NCBI GenBank assembly: GCA_944358945.1
Contig: CALVSH010000039.1
Location: forward strand, 1 to 44,662
Reading direction: 5' to 3'
Length of the DNA: 44,662 nucleotides
Source of the DNA: an uncultured Bacilli bacterium
GTDB taxonomy: Bacteria; Bacillota_I; Bacilli_A; RF39; UBA660
Shown: piece by piece, positions 19,819 through 28,781 of the stretch
How the letters are laid out: every line of letters starts with the position of its first letter
Numbering within the stretch: position 1 is the first letter of the stretch
Program-made: the position numbers and the translations under genes
The notes under the pieces: generated by a model
The model's database searches: none
Seen by the model: the letters and a program-made list of their open reading frames with translations, nothing else
What the model was told of the DNA's origin: nothing

Positions 19819-19848
19819 CAAAAAAAAAGATAGGCTTTAACCTATCTT
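19819..19848 (-). terminator. Intrinsic terminator after the SASP gene
   Basis: Minus strand reads AAGATAGG-TTAAAG-CCTATCTT followed by a T9 run. Confidence 0.7.
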
Positions 19849-19863
19849 GTAAGCTATCTATTG

Positions 19864-20076
19864 TTATTTGTTATTATAGCTTCCACTAACTTGGTTCATT
19901 CCGTTTTGAACTAAACGTCTAGTAATTTCACCACCAACAGTACCATTAGCACGGCTAGTAGCATCTGGTCCTAAATTAACTCCAAATTCGTTAGCTATTT
20001 CATATTTCATTTTATCAATAGCTTGTTTAGCACCAGGAACTCTCATTTTCATAGTAGAATTCTTTGAGTTATTCAT
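19864..20076 (-). CDS. Small acid-soluble spore protein, alpha/beta type
   Basis: The conserved SASP blocks are [12 protein letters not shown] and [12 protein letters not shown] 20076 is preferred; GGAGGTG lies upstream. It is adjacent to thiI, as sspA is in B. subtilis. Confidence 0.9.
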   Translation of the reverse strand: MNNSKNSTMKMRVPGAKQAIDKMKYEIANEFGVNLGPDATSRANGTVGGEITRRLVQNGMNQVSGSYNNK

Positions 20077-20097
20077 TTCATTCACCTCCTACATTCA

Positions 20098-20126
20098 TAG
20101 GTTGTGAAGTTTTTAAAATTTAATAC
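20098..20126 (-). promoter_or_regulatory. Possible forespore (sigma-G/F-type) promoter of the SASP gene
   Basis: Minus strand reads GTATT-N17-CAACCTA, against my recollection of the consensus GHATR-N17/18-CAHWHTA. There is one mismatch in each box, so this is weak evidence only. Confidence 0.3.
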
Positions 20127-20144
20127 AAAAAACTAATTGGTAAT

Positions 20145-21329
20145 TTATAACAAATCAGAAAACTCTTCTTCATCTTCTTTCACAACAATAGTATCAACAC
20201 TATCTACAACTTCATCTATCATCAGAGAAAAATCAAATTTATCTTCTTCTTTTTTAGCTTGTTCCAAGGAAGGATTAATAACTGGATGTTTAGGTACAAA
20301 TACAGTACAACAATCTTCATAAGGTAAAATACTAATATCATAAGTATCTATCTTTTTAGCTAAATCAATAATTTCTAATTTATCAAAACAAGCAACTGGT
20401 CTAAGTACTGGAACATTTGTTACTTCATTAATTACTCTCATACTAGTAAGTGTTTGAGAAGCTACTTGTCCAACAGATTCCCCATTAACAATAGCCAAGC
20501 CATGATACTTATCAAGTAAACGTTCCATAATACGATACATCATTCTTCGCATAATAGTAATACAATAACTTGGATGACAATTTTTATAAATTTCTTCCTG
20601 AATTTTTGTAAAATTAATAATATGTAAATGTACTTCATTAGTATACTTAGCTAACTTCTTAGAAAGTTCAATAACTTTATTTCTAGCTTCTAAACTAGTA
20701 TGAGGAATAGCTTCAAAGTAAACACAATCAATAGGAATTCCTCTTTTCATAGCTAAATATCCACTAACAGGTGAATCTATACCACCAGATAACATCAAAA
20801 GAGCTCTAGGTTGTGTAGCAATCGGATATCCACCAGCTCCGTGATAAGCATTAAAATAAATATAACTATTTTTCTCACGAACCTCCACTTTTACAAGCAA
20901 ATCAGGATGATGAACATCAACAGAAATACCTTCCTTATTTTTTAATACTACACCACCAAGAATACGATTCATCTCTTGACTATGAATAGGAAAAGATTTA
21001 TCACTTCTTTTTGTCTCAACTTTAAAAGTTTTAAAATCTAAATCAATTACTAATTCTCTAAGTAAATTTTTAATATCCTCAATATTAGTATCGACAATAT
21101 ACGCAATGTGATACGTATGAATTCCAAATACACAATCAAGTTTTTTCTTAATATTTTCTAAATCATCTTCATGAAATTCTATATACATACGACTTCGATC
21201 TTTAAAAATAGTAACATCAAAGTTTTTTAATTTACTTTTTATATTTTGATATAGCATCTTAATAAAAAAATTACGATTACCCTTCTTAGTAGTAAGCTCT
21301 CCATACTTAATTAGAATAACTCTTTTCAT
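20145..21329 (-). CDS. thiI: tRNA 4-thiouridine synthase ThiI (no rhodanese domain)
   Basis: THUMP-type N-terminal half and the PP-loop LMLSGGIDSPV; 394 aa. Confidence 0.9.
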   Translation of the reverse strand: MKRVILIKYGELTTKKGNRNFFIKMLYQNIKSKLKNFDVTIFKDRSRMYIEFHEDDLENIKKKLDCVFGIHTYHIAYIVDTNIEDIKNLLRELVIDLDFKTFKVETKRSDKSFPIHSQEMNRILGGVVLKNKEGISVDVHHPDLLVKVEVREKNSYIYFNAYHGAGGYPIATQPRALLMLSGGIDSPVSGYLAMKRGIPIDCVYFEAIPHTSLEARNKVIELSKKLAKYTNEVHLHIINFTKIQEEIYKNCHPSYCITIMRRMMYRIMERLLDKYHGLAIVNGESVGQVASQTLTSMRVINEVTNVPVLRPVACFDKLEIIDLAKKIDTYDISILPYEDCCTVFVPKHPVINPSLEQAKKEEDKFDFSLMIDEVVDSVDTIVVKEDEEEFSDLL

Positions 21330-21361
21330 ACAATCCCCTCCAAATGACTATATTTTACCAC

Positions 21362-21395
21362 AAACTTAAAAAGAAGAAAACTAAATTCTCTTCTT
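21362..21395 (-). terminator. Intrinsic terminator after the prepilin-like gene
   Basis: Minus strand has an imperfect roughly 10-bp stem AAGAAGAGAA/TTTTCTTCTT followed by TTTAAGTTT. Confidence 0.5.
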
Positions 21396-22033
21396 TAATC
21401 TGTAACTTCTTTCAAATGACGATATCTTGTCGTTTTAACAATATTTTCTTGATCAGGAATTTCATCTATTTTTTGATAATCCGTTCCCATTTCAAAATTA
21501 TATTTATATAAAAACATTCCCAGCTCTAAATCTTCATCAAATAAATCTATTCCATCTTTTTTATAATTATAAAAATCAACTATTTGATTAGTAAAACCAC
21601 TTTGAACATTAGACCAATTACTTACTTGATAAATAGTATATGGCTCTTTCAAACTATCCTGTTGATATATCAAATAATTACCACATTCTAAGGTAACATA
21701 CTTCTTATCATCACGTATCTCAACTTTAGAACGATAAGAATCACAATATTTATCTCCTTGAAAAGGATTTTTTATTTGAGATGTCAACTTTAAATCCAAA
21801 ATCATCTGCAAATAATAAACAGTATCTCCCATTTTCCCAGAATAATTCTCATCCATATATAAATTACTAGCAGTCAAAGAAAACATTCTAGCATTATACT
21901 GCATAACATCATACTTCTCTGTATAATCTGTACTAAATACATATGCTAACAATCCTACAACAATAACTAAGAGCATCACACAAACAGTAAGCATTTCATA
22001 AGTTCCAAACCCTGATTTTATTCTATTTGTCAT
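21395..22033 (-). CDS. Prepilin-like (type IV pilin / ComG-type pseudopilin N-terminus) protein, otherwise unknown
   Basis: From Met22 of the track ORF: MTNRIKSG/FGTYEMLTVCVMLLVIVVGLL. This gives a short basic leader, Gly at -1, Phe at +1, Glu at +5 and a hydrophobic helix. ATG 22033 overlaps the ezrA stop (22023) by 11 nt. Confidence 0.55.
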   Translation of the reverse strand: MTNRIKSGFGTYEMLTVCVMLLVIVVGLLAYVFSTDYTEKYDVMQYNARMFSLTASNLYMDENYSGKMGDTVYYLQMILDLKLTSQIKNPFQGDKYCDSYRSKVEIRDDKKYVTLECGNYLIYQQDSLKEPYTIYQVSNWSNVQSGFTNQIVDFYNYKKDGIDLFDEDLELGMFLYKYNFEMGTDYQKIDEIPDQENIVKTTRYRHLKEVTD

Positions 22034-23735
22034 ATACGGCCAACAACTTTCTATAAATATTTTCATCAACAACTGAAACCGCCTTAATAGAAACATCTAA
22101 TGCTTTCTTATATTCACCTTTAAAAAATAATTTACAAGCATCATCTAATCCTAAATCAACTTCCTCATAACTCATACGATAACGATTACCAAATATAATA
22201 GCCATTTCAGCAAGTTGTGCAGTTTTAATCATTTCATTAGTTGTGTTATAAAGCTTTAACACTAAATCTCTTGCAGTGTCAACTCTAGTATTTAATGTTT
22301 TAATAACAATAGGTTTTCTTTCTAACTCTTTAATTACTTCTTCAATTGCTTCGTTTGCTTCCGATAATTGTACAAAATAATTATTAGTAATAATAGGTAA
22401 TTTATAAGTACGCATCTTTTCTTTACTCTGTTTCAAGAAAGATTCGATCTCTTCTAACTGTTCTCTAGCTCTAACTTCATCATCATACATATTGCCTAAA
22501 GATTTTAATGCTCTATCTAAATCCTCCTCCATATTTTTTAAACGAATTGTCAAATCTTCTACTTCTTTTTGTAACATAGAATAAGGAGAAGATTTAGCCT
22601 CGACTTTTGCAAGCATTTTTTTATAATCATCATTAATAACTACTAAAATCTTGTTAACCTCATGAATCGTCTCTACATCCTGATCATTTAAATCATACAT
22701 ATTCTTAATATCATCCAATTGATTATATACCTCTTGAACAACTTTATTAGTCTTTTCTAACTTTTTAGAAAAATCTTTTTCCATTTCAATATACGCTTTA
22801 CGAGAAAGCCTTTCTTTCTCAAAGTCAACAAATAATGAATCATAATAATCAAGCATTGTCTTTAATTCAAACATACAATCTTCCAGATTCAATACTCTAA
22901 CTTTATCTAATATATGATCAATATTTTTTTGAGACTCTTCTAAATTATATTCAACATTTAAATAATCCAACGGATAACCTTGATTAACCATATCCTCATT
23001 TAACTCTTTAACTTCCTTCATTCGATTAGGAATCACCTGTTTAGCCATCAATAAGATATCAGGAACTTCTTTAATCACAATTCCCATATGTTCAATCATA
23101 GTATCCAAAGCTTTTACAATATGAACAACTTCACTATATTCATTTTTTTCCATTACCTTTTCAAAATCTAAAAATCTACGTTCTATATTCTCAAGTTGCA
23201 ACCCTACAGCATCCTGCATTTCATCATACATCTGCTTATGATCTTGAAAATCCTTATTTAATTCACGATATTTTGTCTTAAGTTTTATAACAATAGCTCT
23301 ATACTTTTCTTCACTTAAAGTAATTTCTTTAATCTCATCTAACAAAGAATCAGCAGACTCCCTAGCCTTATAAATTGCCATTTCTGTTTTAGCCAAGCGA
23401 TAAACACAATTTTTATAATCTCTTTTATCTATATAAACATCTAAATCAATCAACATATCATCAATCTGAGATAATCTTTTTTCTCTTAATTGATCAAATC
23501 TATCCTGCCAATCATTATATTTTTCTTCCATTTTATCGTTTTTAATAATAGGCTCTACCTTAGATAGTTCCAAAGAAACAGGAGTACTTGCTACCATATT
23601 CTTTGCAACTTCCAAATCTCGAACTCTTCTACGATACTTATTCGCAATACTACGTCTAATAAAGTGAAGCGCTACAATTACAATAATAATACAAATGACT
23701 AAATAAGATCCAATAATCAAATACTGTCCTTGCAT
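22023..23735 (-). CDS. ezrA: Septation ring formation regulator EzrA
   Basis: A single N-terminal TM helix followed by about 540 aa of coiled-coil repeats. Size, architecture and genomic position (thiI side / rpsD side) match EzrA. Confidence 0.85.
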   Translation of the reverse strand: MQGQYLIIGSYLVICIIIVIVALHFIRRSIANKYRRRVRDLEVAKNMVASTPVSLELSKVEPIIKNDKMEEKYNDWQDRFDQLREKRLSQIDDMLIDLDVYIDKRDYKNCVYRLAKTEMAIYKARESADSLLDEIKEITLSEEKYRAIVIKLKTKYRELNKDFQDHKQMYDEMQDAVGLQLENIERRFLDFEKVMEKNEYSEVVHIVKALDTMIEHMGIVIKEVPDILLMAKQVIPNRMKEVKELNEDMVNQGYPLDYLNVEYNLEESQKNIDHILDKVRVLNLEDCMFELKTMLDYYDSLFVDFEKERLSRKAYIEMEKDFSKKLEKTNKVVQEVYNQLDDIKNMYDLNDQDVETIHEVNKILVVINDDYKKMLAKVEAKSSPYSMLQKEVEDLTIRLKNMEEDLDRALKSLGNMYDDEVRAREQLEEIESFLKQSKEKMRTYKLPIITNNYFVQLSEANEAIEEVIKELERKPIVIKTLNTRVDTARDLVLKLYNTTNEMIKTAQLAEMAIIFGNRYRMSYEEVDLGLDDACKLFFKGEYKKALDVSIKAVSVVDENIYRKLLAVYDK

Positions 23736-23831
23736 ACTTCACCACCTTATCATCTATTCCTATTTTAACACAAATAACCACTAAATTTCTACTATTTTAT
23801 CAAAAACAATAAATTTTAAAAATCTCTAATC

Positions 23832-23860
23832 TTGACTTAACCTCTCCAAAACAATATAAT
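23832..23860 (+). promoter_or_regulatory. Sigma-A-type promoter for lipoprotein paralogues 1-2
   Basis: TTGACT-N17-TATAAT, 24 nt upstream of the TTG start. Confidence 0.55.
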
Positions 23861-23883
23861 ATGCCATAAAAGAGGTGGTAAAG

Positions 23884-24927
23884 TTGAATATAAAGATTAA
23901 AAAAGCTATTAATATTTTAGCACTAACAAACATAATACTAGGTACTACAGCTTGCAATAACGGAATAAATAAACAAACAGAAGAAACAATAATAGAAGCA
24001 GAAGATTTAGAGGAAGACACTAAAGGATGTTCCGTAATAAATAGTATCGTTATTTTAAGAAAAAAACAAAATGAAGAATGGTATGACAAACTAAATCAAT
24101 ACATAAAAGAGAATAAATTAGAAGAGTTAAAATTACAAAGTGAAGAAAAAGAAAACTTTGACTTATCAAAAATTGATTTTTCTAATATTAAAAACCTATA
24201 TCTAGAAGGAGAAATAAATATTTCTAAACTACCAAGGACAGTAAAAGATATTGATAATATTTACATATATTCAGATTGTAACAATATCGATAAACTACCT
24301 AAAGTAAATAGTCTTTACTTAATAAAAACAGATATAGTAAAAGAAGATATTACCAATATATTAATAAATATGGCTCAAAATGAAACAATTCCAGATTACT
24401 TATCTTTACGTGATTTTTCTATTGATAATATACAAATACCAACAAAAACATTAAATATAACCTACACTACAACAGCACCACAAGTAATAACAGTAAACAC
24501 AAACAATCTAAGTCTTTCAACAACAAAATCAAATAATTATCCTCTTCCAACAATAAATGGTAACTATAATAATATTTCTATATCAGGATTTAATACTGAT
24601 ATAAATACCCTACCAATCAAAAATTCTATCAGTATATCAAATGCAAATATTAATAATACATCAATAAATGAACTAATACAAAACAAAATCAAAATAGATG
24701 ATATTACATTAAATAACGATGAATCCATTCATTATTTTAGTAAAAATAATCCTGAAACAAACACACTAACTTACTATCAAGTATCAGCAGATTATTTGAA
24801 TAATATAAAACAAAACAAGGAAAACGAACTAACATATCGAGATGATATTTATATTCCAGAAAATGAAGTGCAAACAATTACCTTAAGTTTATCTAAAACT
24901 CTTGAATTAGGAAAAAATATATTTTAA
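23884..24927 (+). CDS. LRR-like lipoprotein, paralogue 1 of 3 (unnamed family)
   Basis: TTG 23884 is preferred (GAGGTGG upstream) and aligns the N-terminus with the paralogues: NIKIKKAINILALTNIILGTTAC (lipobox). Shared blocks are EWY.KLN.YI, DLSKI.FSNI, CNNIDKLP, LP.ING.YN and YYQV. Confidence 0.75.
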   Translation: MNIKIKKAINILALTNIILGTTACNNGINKQTEETIIEAEDLEEDTKGCSVINSIVILRKKQNEEWYDKLNQYIKENKLEELKLQSEEKENFDLSKIDFSNIKNLYLEGEINISKLPRTVKDIDNIYIYSDCNNIDKLPKVNSLYLIKTDIVKEDITNILINMAQNETIPDYLSLRDFSIDNIQIPTKTLNITYTTTAPQVITVNTNNLSLSTTKSNNYPLPTINGNYNNISISGFNTDINTLPIKNSISISNANINNTSINELIQNKIKIDDITLNNDESIHYFSKNNPETNTLTYYQVSADYLNNIKQNKENELTYRDDIYIPENEVQTITLSLSKTLELGKNIF

Positions 24928-24953
24928 AATGAATGGTGGAAAGAAGGATATAA

Positions 24954-26114
24954 ATGAAAGAAAAGTTAAAAAAATGCCTTGCATTTTTAACTGCAGCAAA
25001 TATAATTTTAGGAACAACTTCTTGCAGCAACAAACAAATACAAGAAGATAAACAAGAACTTACAGAAAATACTCAGGATGAAATCACACAATTAACTAAA
25101 AAATTAACAAATAAAAATTGTATTATAAATAATAATAAAATCTATGTATATGATAAACAAAAAGATTCATGGTATGAAACCTTAAATGAATTATTAAAAT
25201 ATTATGAAAGCGAAAGAATAGTTTTAACAAATAGAATGGATGATGAGATATTTGATATATCAAAAATAACATTCCTTAAGACTCAGAGATTAGAATTAAA
25301 TGGTAAATTCGATATCAGTGATCTAAGTAACACAAATACTCCCAATAACATAAACATCACATCAGAGTGCATAAATATTGATAAAGTGCCAGAAATCACT
25401 AGTCTAACCATTCATAATACAAACAATACAGATATAACCAATACTCTAAAAAACATAGAAAAAAACAATAATGCACCAAGAAATTTATCTTTATACAATT
25501 TTACAAGCGAAAATATTCCAATCCAAGTAGATAAACTAACAATAATTTATGATAAAGAAGTGCCAAGTAAACTTACCGTAGATACAAACTATCTTACTTT
25601 AATACATAACACGACCTATGCTTATAATAATTCATTAGTAGAAAAAAGTGTCAATGACTATACTTATGAAAATAACAATATTAGTTACTCAGTAACGAAT
25701 GAACAAGAACAAGAAGTTACAACAATACTATATAATCTACCTACAATCAAAGGTAACTATAATCAACTTTCTATTGAAACCTTCAATGTAGATTATGACA
25801 CAATTAAAAACAAAAACAATTTATCCATCAAATATGGAAACATTAATAACACAACAATTGAAAATGTCATAGAAAACAAAACAGAATTATTTAATGTCAT
25901 ATTAAACAATGAAGATAAATTTGAATATTATAGTCACAATAATACAGATAATACAAGAAGTTATTATAAAGTACCAAGAGAATATGCTAATGAACTTTCA
26001 CAAGGAAGAGAAGATGATTTCTATAATAAGATACTAAGTGAAAAATATGAAATAGATAGAGTTAATATTAAGGATAATACTACAGCAAAAGTATACAAAA
26101 AGACCAAGGTCTAA
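24954..26114 (+). CDS. LRR-like lipoprotein, paralogue 2 of 3
   Basis: MKEKLKKCLAFLTAANIILGTTSC lipobox. Shared blocks are SWYETLNELL, FDISKITF, ITSECINIDKVP, LPTIKGNYN and RSYYKV. It starts 26 nt after paralogue 1, so the two are probably co-transcribed. Confidence 0.75.
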   Translation: MKEKLKKCLAFLTAANIILGTTSCSNKQIQEDKQELTENTQDEITQLTKKLTNKNCIINNNKIYVYDKQKDSWYETLNELLKYYESERIVLTNRMDDEIFDISKITFLKTQRLELNGKFDISDLSNTNTPNNINITSECINIDKVPEITSLTIHNTNNTDITNTLKNIEKNNNAPRNLSLYNFTSENIPIQVDKLTIIYDKEVPSKLTVDTNYLTLIHNTTYAYNNSLVEKSVNDYTYENNNISYSVTNEQEQEVTTILYNLPTIKGNYNQLSIETFNVDYDTIKNKNNLSIKYGNINNTTIENVIENKTELFNVILNNEDKFEYYSHNNTDNTRSYYKVPREYANELSQGREDDFYNKILSEKYEIDRVNIKDNTTAKVYKKTKV

Positions 26115-26137
26115 GATAATAATCTTAGGTTTTTTTG
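26111..26137 (+). terminator. Intrinsic terminator after paralogue 2
   Basis: CTAAGAT-AATA-ATCTTAG followed by GTTTTTTT. Confidence 0.6.
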
Positions 26138-26162
26138 ACATATTAAAAAAAATAAATATAAT
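26135..26162 (+). promoter_or_regulatory. Sigma-A-type promoter for paralogue 3
   Basis: TTGACA-N16-TATAAT. Both hexamers match the consensus. Confidence 0.55.
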
Positions 26163-26186
26163 ATAAGCAAAAAGGAATGAGAAAAA

Positions 26187-27248
26187 ATGCATATAAACTT
26201 AAAAAAATTTGTAGCTCTAGCAACAGCAGGATATTTAATACTAGGAACAACTACCTGCAAAAACAAAACAATAAAAACAGAAGAAGAAATAGTACAAGAT
26301 AACCTAAGTCATGAATTACAAACAGATGGCTGTACAATTACTGGAAATGATACTATCTTTTTATCTAAAGAACAATCAGATGAATGGTACAAAAAATTAA
26401 ATGAATATATAAAAGGTTTAAATTCCATAAAATTAGAAACAGAACAAGAAAACTACATTGATTTAACAAAAATAAATCTATCTAACATCACTAGTTTATC
26501 TCTAGATGGAAATTTTGATATTACAAAACTAAAAAATATAGACAATCTAGAATACCTAAGTATTACATCAGACTGTATAAATATTGATAAAGTACCAAGG
26601 TTAAAAGACTTAATAATAAGAAAGACCAAGGAATGTAATATCAAAGATATACTAACAATAATAGATTCAAATGGAAATACACCAGAATCTCTATATTTAA
26701 AATCTTTTAATATAGATTATATTCCTATAAAAACAAACAATCTAATTATTACTTATGAAGATGAAGTACCAGAACAAATAACAGTAGATACCAAGGACTT
26801 AGTATTAGAAAATAATTCCAATCACCAACAACCACAACAAAACACCACAGAATACAAAAATCTTCCAATAATCAATGGTTCATATAATAGACTAGTAATC
26901 TATAACTTTAATGTTGATTATGACAAAATAATAAACAAAAGTAACTTATCATTCAATTGTAGTAATATTAATACATCAATAGAAGAAATCATAGAAAACA
27001 AAAACGAATTATACAAAACAACACTAAACGAAAATACTATAGAATACTACAGTAATGACCATAATTTTGAACAAACAAGAAGTTATTATAAAATATCAAA
27101 AGAAGAAAGAAATAAACTAGCAGAGCAAATGTCCGAAATAGATTTCCTTGAACAATTATTTAGTTCAAAACATGAAATAGAAACCGTTGACATCACTGAA
27201 AAAGTATATGTAAAAACAAACAATTCTAATAACTCGTCACGGATATAG
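26187..27248 (+). CDS. LRR-like lipoprotein, paralogue 3 of 3
   Basis: MHINLKKFVALATAGYLILGTTTC lipobox. Shared blocks are EWYKKLNEYI, IDLTKINLSNI, ITSDCINIDKVP, LPIINGSYN and RSYYKI. The C-terminal block SSKHEIETVDI...KVYVKT is shared with paralogue 2. Confidence 0.75.
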   Translation: MHINLKKFVALATAGYLILGTTTCKNKTIKTEEEIVQDNLSHELQTDGCTITGNDTIFLSKEQSDEWYKKLNEYIKGLNSIKLETEQENYIDLTKINLSNITSLSLDGNFDITKLKNIDNLEYLSITSDCINIDKVPRLKDLIIRKTKECNIKDILTIIDSNGNTPESLYLKSFNIDYIPIKTNNLIITYEDEVPEQITVDTKDLVLENNSNHQQPQQNTTEYKNLPIINGSYNRLVIYNFNVDYDKIINKSNLSFNCSNINTSIEEIIENKNELYKTTLNENTIEYYSNDHNFEQTRSYYKISKEERNKLAEQMSEIDFLEQLFSSKHEIETVDITEKVYVKTNNSNNSSRI

Positions 27249-27262
27249 ACGAAAAGTCCAAA

Positions 27263-27290
27263 AATCATTGACATATCAATGATTTTTTAT
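27263..27290 (+). terminator. Intrinsic terminator after paralogue 3
   Basis: AATCATTGA-CATA-TCAATGATT (9-bp stem) followed by a T-run. Confidence 0.65.
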
Positions 27291-27296
27291 TATAAT
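27268..27296 (+). promoter_or_regulatory. Consensus sigma-A promoter of rpsD, embedded in the preceding terminator hairpin
   Basis: TTGACA (27268-27273), a 17-nt spacer, then TATAAT (27291-27296). Confidence 0.6.
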
Positions 27297-27302
27297 TAAA
27301 AC

Positions 27303-27454
27303 TGCAATTCACTTGAAACAGCAGATTTAGAGTATTTTAAAGTGTTTTTTGAGAGTTTAAGTAACCAATGCTGTTTACGCGAAAGAATAGAAAAACTCCC
27401 TAGAATACGACTAAATCATTTCAATGAATGTAATAAAAAGAAAGGAGTAAGATT
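27303..27454 (+). promoter_or_regulatory. Long structured rpsD 5' leader (candidate S4 autoregulatory site)
   Basis: About 150-nt untranslated leader. An 8-bp long-range helix pairs AAACAGCA (27316-27323) with TGCTGTTT (27369-27376). S4 autoregulation through the rpsD leader is known in B. subtilis; homology is not verified here. Confidence 0.4.
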
Positions 27455-28057
27455 ATGGCAAGATATACTGGACCAAGTTATAAGAAAGCACGTCACTTAG
27501 GATTTTCAATCAGTGAAACTGGTAAAGAATTAGCTCGTCGCCCTTATGGACCAGGACAACATGGAAACGATCGTCGTGGAAAATTATCTGATTACGGAAC
27601 ACAATTAAAAGAAAAACAAAAAGTTCGTTTCATGTATGGAGTAAACGAAAGACAATTTAGAAATACTTTTGATAAAGCTTCTAAATTAAAAGGTGTTACT
27701 GGTACTAACTTCTTAAGAATGTTAGAATCACGTTTAGACAACTTAGTATATAGAATAGGTTTCGCAACTACTCGTCGTGGAGCTAGACAATTAGTAAACC
27801 ATGGACATGTTACAGTAAATGGTAAAAAAGTAGATATTCCATCATACCAAGTTAAAGTTGGAGATGTAATCTCTATTAAAGAAGATCATAAGAACTTAAA
27901 AGTTGTTGCTGATAGCTTAGCTAAAGTTACAAAACGTGTTGACTTCATTACTTATGATGAAGGTAAAATGGAAGGAACTTATGTTAGACTTCCTGAAAGA
28001 AATGAACTTAATGCTGATATCAATGAAGCATTAATCGTTGAATACTACAACAAATAA
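27455..28057 (+). CDS. rpsD: 30S ribosomal protein S4
   Basis: [18 protein letters not shown]... over 200 aa, with the S4 RNA-binding domain (RLDN.VYR.GFA.TR..ARQLV.HGH..VNG). RBS is AAAGGAG. Confidence 0.97.
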   Translation: MARYTGPSYKKARHLGFSISETGKELARRPYGPGQHGNDRRGKLSDYGTQLKEKQKVRFMYGVNERQFRNTFDKASKLKGVTGTNFLRMLESRLDNLVYRIGFATTRRGARQLVNHGHVTVNGKKVDIPSYQVKVGDVISIKEDHKNLKVVADSLAKVTKRVDFITYDEGKMEGTYVRLPERNELNADINEALIVEYYNK

Positions 28058-28086
28058 GGAACTGCAAATGAGTTCCTTTTTTTTAT
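28057..28086 (+). terminator. Intrinsic terminator after rpsD
   Basis: AGGAACT-GCAAATG-AGTTCCT followed by a T8 run. Confidence 0.7.
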
Positions 28087-28145
28087 TTATTTTTACTTTT
28101 AGTCATTGACAAAATTTTATTCTCAGAAAAAACATAATCATCAAA

Positions 28146-28781
28146 TCATTTTTCCATTAAATAGGAATAAGACTCCATAACCTGAGAAGGTATTTCACTT
28201 TCTAACATATAACCAAGTTGTGGATAAATCATACATCTTTGAACATCTCCTACCATAAGCGATACTTGATTTTGGAAAAGTTCCTCATCCATTTGCATAT
28301 AAGAAAGATAAACATCAAACTGACTACAAGGAGAAGTAATTAACCATTCATAATCAGGAAGTTGTGCCATAGCCGTCAAAAGAGTTCTTCTCTCAGAATA
28401 TGGTTTATGAACAATTAAAATCTTTTGACAACCATTCTCATCCAAAATACTTTTAGAAAGTAAAAAATTATCTCCTGTATTAGTAGAAGTTGTCTCTAAC
28501 AAAATATCACTAGAAGAAACCCCTTCACCAAGAGCAATATCGCGATATACTTCTGCCTCAGATTTATTAAATTGATGTTTAGTAAGTTTACCAAGTCCTC
28601 CAGCAAACAAGATCTTCTTACCATATCCTTCTTTAAATAACTGAGCACAATAGACTGGAATATCTGTATTAATACATCCACATCCCATAATAATATCACA
28701 AGGTTCTATTTTTTCATCTAAAACTAAGAAATCCCAAATAGTTTTAACATTACTAATAATATCCAAATCAAAGCGATTCAT
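28146..28781 (-). CDS. DUF218 (YdcF/ElyC-like) domain protein
   Basis: From Met18 of the track ORF (RBS AAGGAGG): DIIMGCGC......A..L...GYGKKILFAGG.G, E.TSTNTG.N and ILIVHKPY..RR resemble the YdcF family. Overlaps the upstream gene by 14 nt. Confidence 0.75.
   Translation of the reverse strand: MNRFDLDIISNVKTIWDFLVLDEKIEPCDIIMGCGCINTDIPVYCAQLFKEGYGKKILFAGGLGKLTKHQFNKSEAEVYRDIALGEGVSSSDILLETTSTNTGDNFLLSKSILDENGCQKILIVHKPYSERRTLLTAMAQLPDYEWLITSPCSQFDVYLSYMQMDEELFQNQVSLMVGDVQRCMIYPQLGYMLESEIPSQVMESYSYLMEK

Noticed and set aside
19732-19833. 33-codon plus-strand ORF (MKIIINKKKVEKARKKRLLKINLSTIFILQKKR) in the long intergenic gap
   Set aside because: There is no RBS and the sequence is Lys-rich low complexity. 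It runs straight through two terminator hairpins that belong to the opposite strand.
23826-24089. 87-aa minus-strand ORF overlapping the start of lipoprotein paralogue 1
   Set aside because: It is opposite a gene supported by three-way paralogue conservation and a promoter/RBS, with no independent signal.
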